A stretch of 64,000 nucleotides of DNA from Lama guanicoe (taxonomy: Eukaryota), in NCBI GenBank assembly GCA_013239625.1, contig MU053559.1:3020324-3084323 (forward strand), in the 5' to 3' direction. Below the pieces are notes generated by a model. It saw only the letters and a program-made list of their open reading frames with translations. It was not told the DNA's origin and ran no database searches. Shown one piece after another: positions 13,355 to 23,700 of the stretch; positions within the stretch are counted from its first letter, which is position 1, and each line of letters starts with the position of its first letter. Both the position numbers and the translations under genes were made by a program.

Positions 13355-15559
13355 TAATAACGGAAACAACTCTGTGTGCAAGGAAAATAGATGTGTTTCT
13401 TGTAAGAAAAGGTATGAGGGATAGGGATGCATTTTTATTAAGTGAAAAGAAAGTAATTTTGTCCTAAAGTAGAACAATTGGCTGTTTCAGAATGGGAAAG
13501 AGGAGAATAAAGGAGAAGTTTAATGGATACAGAAATTTTGGAACTGACAGAATCAGAGAGAAAAAGAGAGAGAGAAGAGGGGGAGAGATAGAGAAAACTC
13601 TGTATAGTTACATTGGCTAAAATTAAATGAATTTATTATAAGACTTTTTAAAATAAGCTTTAATATCGATAGTATACTTATGTAAAACTAAAATTTAATT
13701 TTCTTTTATTGGCTAAAGTTTTATTGAACTATTAGTCTGCTCTTGATAAGAGATTGCTAAAGGTTTTTCTTTATCTTTTAAGTAATCTGCCTAGAAAGCA
13801 ATGATTTTCTGTGCTACCAAAACAATTTCCAGTGCTTTACATTGTCTTTGTCATCAGGTTTTTGATGACTTAAGAAAACTGAGTCTTCTCAATATTAATG
13901 GAGCTAAGTTTTGCTCACAACTATGTAACCTTCTGTTTTTGCCTTTGAAATCTTCTTGTCACTTTGGATAAATAGATAATTAAGTATTGTTTCATAATAA
14001 TCTGTGATCCTATTTAGTCCAGTATCCATACCTTTTGATATTTTTGACAAAATTCCCCAAATCAAATTCTAAGTGAAGTCTTTTTGACCTTGAACTAACT
14101 TGGGGACTTTCCAGAGGTCTCCTGGAACATGTCAAAAGCATTTGTTCTCTCTCCTTATAAAAAGAGAGAGATTAAACTAATTAGGCTTGATATGTTAAAT
14201 TATATGAGAAGCACCATCAAGTAAGAAGTAATACAAAAATCTTAGGTTGTATTTGTATTTATATATGTTTTTAATGTAAGTGTTTCAGAAATTGTGTAAA
14301 ATTCCTAAAAATATATGATGTCTTCGTATAATGTTATCTGTTGTAATTCTAGTTATTATCTTAAAATGCTGTATGTCAGAGAAATAACCAAATTCCTTTG
14401 TCAACTGCATTATAAAGCACTCTTATCATATTTAACCATGGCCATTTTTAAGTCTTTTGTCATTACAGTTTTTTTACTCTGATGTTTTTGCAGAAGTGCT
14501 TCATCTTCAGAGAGATTCCTTGGAAAGACTCTGACAAGTACAGGTTTCTGATTTGTTTCAGATCATACTATCGAACTGGGTAAGAATTTACAGAACTCTA
14601 ATGAAGAAACTGATGGGTTCATAAATCTACTATCAAAAGATCAAGAGCAAGAAGAATCCATTACATGTGACTGAATGAACTGATGAGGATGATTATAATT
14701 TTTGTGACTTCTTGTTTGAAATATTGATAATAGCTTGATGTTTTGTTTTTCCAGACTTAAGGAAATCTCTCTCAAGCTATCTCTATAACTTGCAGTAATT
14801 TGGTAAATTATACCTTTTTAAACAGAACTGAAACATTTATCTGTTTCTCCCTAACTTATCCCTCCAGAATTATGAAATTCTTATTAAGTATTCTTATTTT
14901 CATGACAATATACTACTTTACATGAATTCAGTATGTTTTCCTTGTAACAGGACACAATTCGAAACATTTATTATATCATCAAGGCTTTGACTGGAATATC
15001 CTGTTTGAAAATGATACATATAGAATCACAGACCAGATAGCTTTAAGGAACTAAAGTTGACTTTATGAAGCCAATAAAGCCCCTTGGAAAACAGCCTGGT
15101 ATATATAAATAATCAGGCCAAGTTTAATGAGACTAGACTTATTTTGCAAATAAATTAGCTCTACTGTAACTATCTTTGGTAGAAATGGAGATGATTGTAG
15201 GGAGAAAAAATTATATTTCAGTAAAAAAAAAAGACAATATACGTTTGTCAATATGAAATTCTAGTCCTACTAATTGTCTTTGAAGTTTTGTTACTTATCT
15301 GAAAACTAGACTGGATCCTGAATTCTTCTAGTTTCCTCGAATATCTGGCTATGACTCTCCAAACTAACATTTCCATTTTTTCCCATCCTTTTGGCTTGGA
15401 TTCACTAAGAACAAAAGCTGCCCTTTTCCTGAAGCCCTGCAAGCTAACACTGGACAACTTCATATGATTTTCAGAGAAAGCACCATAATAGTTCATGTTT
15501 AAACAATCTTCATGCCTGTTACTTGTGGGCCACGACAACATATCCTAGGGAACTTTCCA

Positions 15560-16540
15560 AATCAGGACATAGATAAATTCCTTGTTCTTATTTTTTTATT
15601 TGCTTATTTATAACAGCTGAGGTTGTACAGATATACTATGATTTATTAAGAAGTCCTCTAATGCTTGGACACTGGGTTGTTTCCAATCTTTTGCTATTCC
15701 AGACAGTGAATAACTACAATGAATAACCTTGTACATTCACGTGAACATAACAAGTCTGTTGCCACACTTACGAATTTTAGTGAATCTATTAAGTGAGAGT
15801 TACTGTGTCCAGTTATTATAATTGGGGTTGAGGTTTTTTGTGTCTTTCAGGCCCATATATATTTCTTTTTTCTGTAAATTGTCTGTGTGTCTTTTGCTGT
15901 TCTATCCAGGTCGTTGGTCTTTTTGAAATTCTCTTTTTAAAGAGCTTTTATATATTAGGCAGCTTAGTCCTTTGCCTTTGATAAGAATTACAAACGTTAT
16001 TCTCCATTTGTAATTTGTCTTTTGACTTTGCTTATGTACTTCTATGCATAAGTTTTAATTTTTATGTAGTTGAATTTATTGACTTTTTGAGTCATTCATA
16101 AAAGATCATCCCTGCTGCCAAGTTATAAAGGGATTTGCCCAACTTTCTTCAATTATTTTCATTATTTTAACTTCTACATCTAGGTGTCTGAGCCATTTGG
16201 AGTTCATCCAAGTACATGTTGTAAGGTATGGATTCAGTTGTATTTTTCCATATATTAGATATCAATCTTTGTTGTTCCAGCAACAGTTTTTTGGGTTTTT
16301 TTTTTACTTGAGATTACACCTTTATCATGTACTCAATTCTGGTATATATTGCTTTTATTTCTGGACTTTCTATTCCAATCGATTTCTTAGATTGTCTGTC
16401 TGTCCATACACCAGTATGACACTGTTTTAATTAGTAACTTTAAAAAAAATTATATTTTCGTATGTGGTCAGGCTAGTCCTTGCTCACTGCTCTTCCTTTT
16501 TAGGGTTTTCCTGGCTATCTTTGCTTATTTTTCCACCCAT
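15560..16540 (-). mobile_element. Ancient L1 (L1M-type) fragment
   Basis: ggacactgggttgtttccaatcttttgctatt and further antisense L1 ORF2/3' blocks. Confidence 0.7.
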
Positions 16541-16557
16541 TACTCTTCTACCACTAC

Positions 16558-17056
16558 TGCAACTGAGCAGGACCCTATGGGGCCTTTCTGGGACAGACCC
16601 CTTCCGCATACCCTCTGCTTTAGCTCCTCTCAGAAGGACCTAGATAATAGTATCTGATGCCTATTTCCTGAGATGTTTTACAGATGCTAAAACCCCCACC
16701 AGATAGAAGAAATTAACTACTTGATGACCATAAGCATGTAGTCCCCAAACCTACTGGTGCCTAAGGACTGATAATGTTAACCTCTGTGACACCACCCTGT
16801 TACCTCACCATCAACCCAATCAGAGAATTGTGTGCAAGCAGATCAGATACCCTGGGACTCCTCCTCCTTCACCTTGCCTTTAAAAATGCTTTGCTGAAAC
16901 CCATTGGGGAGCTCAGACTTTCTGAGCATTAGACTGTCCTGGACTCCTTGCTTGGTGCTTTACAATAAATGCTGCAGTTTACTTCACCACAGCTCAGTGT
17001 CAGTAGATTGGCTTTACTGCTCATGGGTGAGTGGACCCAAGTTTGGTTTGGTAACA
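16558..17056 (+). mobile_element. Solo ERV1 LTR (499 bp)
   Basis: TG...CA ends; exact 4-bp TSD CTAC (16554-16557 / 17057-17060); CCAAT, TTTAAAA TATA-like and AATAAA in LTR order. Confidence 0.9.
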
Positions 17057-17618
17057 CTACCTTATAAACCATTTAGTTCAGCCTGAACATGGGGATAAAT
17101 GCCAATGGGCTAGAATCAAGTCTGCAATGGAATCCATTCCAGTTTATTGAATCTTAATGGATTTTAGCAGAAATTGAATAAACTGCTTGCAGTAAAATTG
17201 TAAATACAATTTGGTATATAATTTTTTTCACGTATGCACTTTCCTGTTATTACAGTCTTTTAAAATATAAATTTCCATAATTTCCATAACTATTCATCTA
17301 TTCTTAGGCACTTTCCATTTTCCCTATTGTTCCTATTCCTTTTCATTATGAAAAACAAAACAAAACAACAACCCTGTAATGAATATCTTTAAGCATATGA
17401 ACTTTTTATATAGTTTTTGGTACTGATTTTTTAGTGGGATTATTGAAGCGGCATCTTTAAGATTGTGGTTACACATTACTAAAATTTGTACCTGTTTACA
17501 CTCCAACAAGCTAGTGCATCAGTATCACCTTCACAACACTTTTCTCATCAGCAATTGATTATCTCTACTTTGAAAGGTCACTTAGAGCATTTTAAGTTGT
17601 GCAAACATGGGATGAGTG

Positions 17619-18098
17619 TGATACAGGAGGGAAGTAGGCAGGGTATAACCATTAAAAGAATGAACCAGTGGTTGAGGATACAACATAAACTGGTGAGAAC
17701 CTACTAGGCCCAAGATGGCAGAAGATTTGACTTCCAGTAGACTTTGAGCCTCAGTATAGGCTCATCATAATACAATAGCAAGCTAAATGACACACCCATG
17801 GGCACCATGACAGTTCACAGGCTGACCATAAAAGGCCAAGTAGTGGGTGGGAGCCCAATTCCTGGAAATCCCCACCCCTTCCCCAAATCAGTTGGAATAA
17901 TCCTCCCACTTGTGAGTATATGAAATTACTCAGCCCATAAACACCAACCACCCCATACCCTGGGGCCATTCTCCCTTCTGAGACCAACCACATTCTGTCT
18001 ATGGAATGTGTATCTCTCTAAATAAACTTGCTTTCATTTTATCACACTAGCTCTTGAATTCTTTCCTTCTCAAGATGAGAACCTACTCTCCGGTAACA
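17619..18098 (+). mobile_element. Solo MER41-like ERV1 LTR (480 bp)
   Basis: TG...CA ends; exact 4-bp TSD AGTG (17615-17618 / 18099-18102); MER41-type blocks ccaagatggc, gctaaatgacacaccca..ccatgacagtt, gaataatcc, ctgtctatgga, aataaacttgctttc, tgaattctttc. Confidence 0.85.
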
Positions 18099-18475
18099 AG
18101 TGGGCCCCATTGTGTTGGGATTCGGTGTTGCCAATTGGGGAGGTTCGATTTCCCATGGAGGGTGAATTGTTCTTCTGTTTGTTATTTTGTCTGCTTTTTG
18201 TTTTTCTCAATTCTGACTAAATTGTTTTTAACAGATGGTTTCCAAAGACAATGGGGGAAGGTGGAGATCAGGAAGGAATAGTTTCACTACAGTTTCTTTA
18301 CGGATTAAATAGAATATGTTTTCTATTTCAAATAAGTTACTCATAAACTTTTGGAACTCTACCCATTGAAAAGTTGGAAACTATCTGAATTATGTTTTGG
18401 TACAGCTGTAGATAAGATATCGGTGTTTACAATGAAAATGTTGATTAGTGCGACTGAAAAAAAAAAACAACCCAA

Positions 18476-18635
18476 GGGTGAGGGTATAGCCCAGTGGTAG
18501 AGCAGGTGCTTAGCATGCACATGGTTCTGGGTTCAATCCCCAGTGCCTCCATTAAAAAAATGAATAAATAAACCTAATTACCTCCCCCCATCAAAAAAAA
18601 AGCCCAAAACAAACAAAAAAGCCCCAAACAACAAC
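18476..18635 (+). mobile_element. tRNA-Ala-derived SINE, long form
   Basis: tRNA-like head, then aataaataaacctaattacctcccccc, then A-rich tail. Confidence 0.9.
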
Positions 18636-20099
18636 CACTATTCAAAATGGAAATTACAAAAAAAAAAAAACCCTTGAACCAATCAGGAGGATCAGAGTAC
18701 CTTTTAACATATGTGTACACAATTTACACATTAAACCATTCATCACTGAGCCCACAAAATGACAGCTTTTTTGATACCAGGAAAGAAAAAAACTCACGCT
18801 AGAAAAATGTATCATACAAACCAGCTTCCTTGAGGTAATGGCAAGGGCATGTATATCACTGCAGGAAAAAATGGAAGAGCATTAAAAAGTTCCTTCTCAG
18901 CCCTCAAGTCCTTTAGAGAAATGATTGCCTTTTAATTCATTATCAGATATGTTTTGGCTACCTTTTGGATACAAAGGTCTATTCTTTGGGATCTTAAGGG
19001 CAGTGTTTTGTTTCCATTTTCTCCCTCATTTCTCCATAATCATTTGATTCTAAACACCATTGCCTTGACAGGAAAGTGGCTTCTTTATGTAGCAGGCAGA
19101 TATTGCTAAAAGTATGTGAAAGTGTAACTTGGAAGTCATTGGCCCAGTCAACCCTCTTCCAATTTGTAATTTTGCTCTCCCAATTTGCAATTTTCTTTTC
19201 TCTTTTTTCCCTTCTCTTCTTTCATTAGCTATCATTTGCTATTTTTCTGTTTATTATAACCTCATCACGAGTAGGTGGGCAACGGGGAGGAAGGAGTGTG
19301 AACTTAAATCTGTTAACTCTTGGGGAAAAAAACATTTCAGTGAGGACCTCTGAAGTTATGTTCCTTAAAGTTATTTTGTTTCTGAAAAGTGTAATCTTAG
19401 GCAAAGTGTCCTTGGACACTGATATCTCCAGCCAGTCTTAGAGCTGCATTTGGCCGGGGGTTGACGAGGGGGTGTGGCACAGGCTGAGGAACTTTAGAGA
19501 ATCAACCCTTGCATTTAAAGCACCAGGATTTGAAAAGCCAAGTGCAATTATGAAGTCAATATTTTAAGTAATGTAACTTCTACAAGAATTAGTTTTTTCT
19601 TCATATTCGTATTCTCGTAATACGAATATTGATAGGGCTGTTTTAATTGTACGACGAACACGGGTGCAATGCAAGTTCAAAACAAGTTTCGGGGCTGATT
19701 TTTGTGAACCTGAGTTAGCAGCTTGGTGATCCACATGGTTTTTCATTCTACAGAATCCCGTGGGGCTTCTGCGTGAAGAACTTGACCCGGTTCCTCTGTC
19801 AGATTTAAATAGTAAAAATGATGCTTAAAAATGATGTCCTCTTGAATAACTTGTGTCAGGTCAGTTCCTAGGCCTCCCTCAACCTCCGTCGGGTTCTAGG
19901 CAGGAAACCTGTGGAGAAGGTGATGATGAAAAAGTTCCAATTCCCAGCAGCAGCGCGTTAGAAAAAATTTCCAAACGTTAGTGAGCCCTTGACTCCTTAG
20001 AAAAGGGTGGTTTGAAACAGTTTCTCTTCTCTCTTTTCAAATCCTCTTTCTGGTACAGTGTTACAAATGGCAAGCAAGTGGTTTCGATTTAACCACCAT

Positions 20100-20740
20100 G
20101 GGACGGCCCCTCCCCTCCAGCCCTGAGGCTCTTTAAAACAAAAAAGCACAGTTCAGGTTATGGAAATTCTCGAGGGGGAGGGGTGGGAAACCAGGGTTGT
20201 GGAGGGCAAAGGACTACAACTCCCACCAGTCCTCGCGGGCTGAAAGCCAACTTCCCTCTCCCCTCCCCCCTCCCTGCGACCCGAGCCCTGCGCTTGCGCG
20301 GAAGGCCCTGCGCTTAGAAGAGGGGGCGGGGACAGGACAACGCGCCTAGAAGAGAAGGAGGAGGAAAAAAAGAGATCATAGACTTCCACCTGAGCCTAGA
20401 GCGGTTCTTAAAGTCGTGGGGGAGAGGTGGGCGGGCTGGGACCACCTTCAGTACAGGCCGCCGGCGGTATCATGGCGACCCGGAACCCCCCTCCCCAAGG
20501 TGAGCGGCCGGGGCGCGAAGTAGTGTCTTAGACGTGACTCACAGCTGTCGACCTTGCCTCTTTCTTCTCTTGCGCCGGGGTTCTTGGGGGCTCTGTTTTT
20601 TTGAGGCAGCCCCTTTGAGCACCCTCTTCGAACTAGACTCTCCCTCCTCTCTCTGCGGAACGCAGGCGAAGAGCGACCCCCGCCCCCAACACAGCCCCAC
20701 CTCCTGCCTTACCTTCACCTCGTGCCCTTCCTCTCCGTCT
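20100..20740 (+). promoter_or_regulatory. FUNDC1: FUNDC1 CpG-island promoter spanning exon 1
   Basis: GC- and CpG-rich island in AT-rich, CpG-depleted surroundings; GC box GGGGCGGGG at 20323-20331; NRF1-like TGCGCTTGCGCG at 20289-20300; no obvious TATA box; exact TSS not determinable. Confidence 0.85.
20472..20499 (+). CDS. FUNDC1: FUNDC1 coding exon 1 (MATRNPPPQ + 1 nt)
   Basis: ggtatcATGGCG start inside the CpG island; donor CAAG|gtgagc at 20500. Confidence 0.96.
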
Positions 20741-23700
20741 TATAACGTTTTTTAAAAATTTTTATTTATTTTTGTTTTTTGTTTTTCAAAGTCTTGGCTC
20801 TGGAATAATTTCTTCTTGCCGAATAATTCCTTCTAACCGGTTCTGTCAGTGGAGGACCCCCATCTTTCTCCCACTGATGAAAATGGACTCTGCACTGACC
20901 CTGAACCTGAGATTTGCGGATGACCCCTTCATGCTGTGAAACTGAACTGACCTGCTGAGATTTGGGGCGGGGGGGACCCCTCTACTGTGTAACTAGAGTT
21001 GCCCCAGGCCCCTAGGCCGGTCCCTGTGCCTTTGGAAAGGAGATGCTAGGCCCTTGACTCTCGAGGCCCTAGTCTCAGGGATTGGGTTTAACAAACTTTG
21101 TTTCCATATGGGCGATTTTAGCTGTTGGGCAAAAGTAACAATGAATTATAACAGATGAAGAATGTGTAGGACATTTCTAACTTTCGGTTGACTCTAAATT
21201 AGTTGTTTTCGTTTTCTGTTTTGAAGAATATGAAAGTGATGATGATTCTTACGAAGTGTTGGATTTAACTGAGTATGCAAGAAGACACCACTGGTGGAGT
21301 CGAGTGTTTGGCCACAGTTCCGGACCTATGGTAGAGAAATACTCAGTGGCCACCCAGATTGTAATGGGTGGAGTGAGTGGCTGGTGAGAACAACATCTTT
21401 TTTCATTAAATTTCTTTGGGAGCCTGACTGTCATTGGGAGCCTGACTGCTGCCCTTTTGTATATAGGCCAATTATGGCTCACTCAATGGCTTTACACTGT
21501 TAATCCCAGAAGAGCTGTACCTTAAGGCTTTTCTCTGATATGATTAGTGTAATCTACACTCAGAGACTGTTGGGTTTTGGTGGTCTTCCTCCTCCATGCC
21601 CTCCACTGTTCCCTCCTCACCATTCATTTTGATTCTTTATATATTCCCCCCCCCCATTTAGTAAATGTAGTGGATCTGATTCAGTGACAGTGGGTGAGAA
21701 GAGGAAAATATGTAAGAGAAGAGTTAATTACATGTAAATAATTTTTACTTGTTCAATGACAACAACTGGAAAACCCTGTGAGAACTCCCATAGTAACACT
21801 GGTCTCAGGGATTATTAGCCCTGTGGAGAACAGTATAAAATTCTCAGTAAAAATGATTGATTATGATACAGATGATTCTGTTAATTTTTGTGGGCTAGTT
21901 CAGATTATGATAATATTTTGAAGAAGACTTGTAGCACATTGGGTCTTTGTTGGAATTAAAGGACCGATTGCTTATTCAGTAATAATATTGTGGAGTATAT
22001 TAAGGGGGAGAGGTTAATAAGCATTAACCTAACCAGTTAACATTTCAGATCACATGATTATATAATTGCTACTATAGAGCTAATTCTGTTATTCTGGGAC
22101 TAAAAGATTAGGGAAATAACAAGGGTCAGAAACAAGTTTGACCTTTATTTTGAAAATGTTCATGACCTTAGAGAAGTTTTGAAGTTAGTGTGGGTGCTTA
22201 ACTTGTGAATAATCATTTTTTTCTTAAGATTCTAAGTTAAATTCATCTTACATTAATTTAAATATTTACATATTTAAACTATCTGATAAGTATAAAATGA
22301 ATTCTTTTGATTTGTGTTTCACATGCACCTTGGAACAGTGGTGCACTCTTTTAAATGTCTTTTTTACTTAATGCCATTTTATGGTAGAAACGCTCATTAT
22401 GAAGATTCTGTGATGAAGAGGTTCAGTATTTATTCATGATGTATACTTAAATAATGCTGCTTATGCAAAAAGCCTGCAGTTAGAGAGACTCCTGGTCAGA
22501 GCCCTGGTTACTCAGATCATTCTTCACAGGCTGGTTGTACCTGGTTGGCCACAATTCAGGGCTTGGCCTTCTGCTTAAATAAGCTCACAATTTGGTGCTG
22601 TGGGCGATTGGTTAATGTGAGTCAGGGCCTAAAGCCCCATCTTAAAAGAGACTTATAAATAATTGAGCAATCAAATTAAATCATTGTATGTTTTTCTCTT
22701 TTAAGGCCAAACTTGGTGAGAAGCCCCATAATTGGCAGAAGTTTGCTTGGAAAGCCTAGAGACAGAGCAGGGGAAGTTCGTAGGTTCATTCTGACGTCAA
22801 GCAAAGGATAGACATGCTTACGAAGCACACCCCCTGGGATGTTGTTAAGACCTGGCTACTGCTTGCCTCCTCTGCTCCCTTTTCTGAGTCTTTGTCGCTG
22901 TCTCCCCTATCGAAGGACACAGATGTTTGAACCATAGCCAGGTGGCAGTCCAGGAGCTGTGTAATAAGACTCTAATATTATACAGGTGATTTGCTGCAAT
23001 GAGTCAGTGCAGTACATTTTTGCAATTTTCTTAGGGTATAAAATTGATGTACTGTTGTGGCGTATGTTGAGGAAGAATGGTTAATGGACATTCACTTAAC
23101 CAGTTAACAGTTCAGACCCATTCAGGACATAAATGGGAAGCTGAGATGAGATTGACTGTAGGTAGCTATAGGCTTGTGGTCATAGTATGAAATTAAAACT
23201 GACATCAGGATGGGCGCCTGCTGGGAGAGATGGGAGGTGTGAAGATTAGTTAGAGGACCCTTAGGTGGTCTGGAAGCAAGGTGATGATGCCCTTGAGAAT
23301 GGAGAGAAGATGGGAGCAAATGTTTTAGAGATACTCGAGTATACAGAATTGGCAATCAGCTGGACTCCAAAGGCGATGAAGAAGGCAGAGTCTAAGATGA
23401 GCATGAGGTGGTGAGCCTGGAGAATGGTGTGAGCACTTATAAATGGGGACCTTCACAACAGATGGCTTGGTTGCAAAGATGATGTTTGCCTTGGCACATT
23501 TTGAGTATGTGGTTCTGGTTGCAAGAGAAGCTCATCGTGTAATTGGAAATGTAAATTTTCCATTCATGGAGGTGTGTATTAGTTTCCTAGGGCTGTTGTC
23601 ACAAAGCACCACAAGTAGGTGGCTTAAAAGGAGAGAAACTTACTCTCTCACAGGTCTGGAGGCTAGACGTTTGGAAGGTGTTGACAAGGTTACTTCCTTC

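Larger units (their letters stand above)
8468..15540 (+). mobile_element. Decayed ERV1 (MER34/MER4-group) internal region, interrupted by Tigger1, no 3' LTR found
   Basis: Follows LTR and PBS; gag-like remnant near 9336-9623; AT-rich non-coding internal sequence typical of MER4-group elements on both sides of Tigger1; ends against old L1 at about 15550. Confidence 0.7.

Noticed and set aside
19154..19195. 21-bp tandem duplication ctct(t/c)ccaatttg(t/c)aatttt upstream of the promoter
   Set aside because: Real but only two imperfect copies, with no evidence of function
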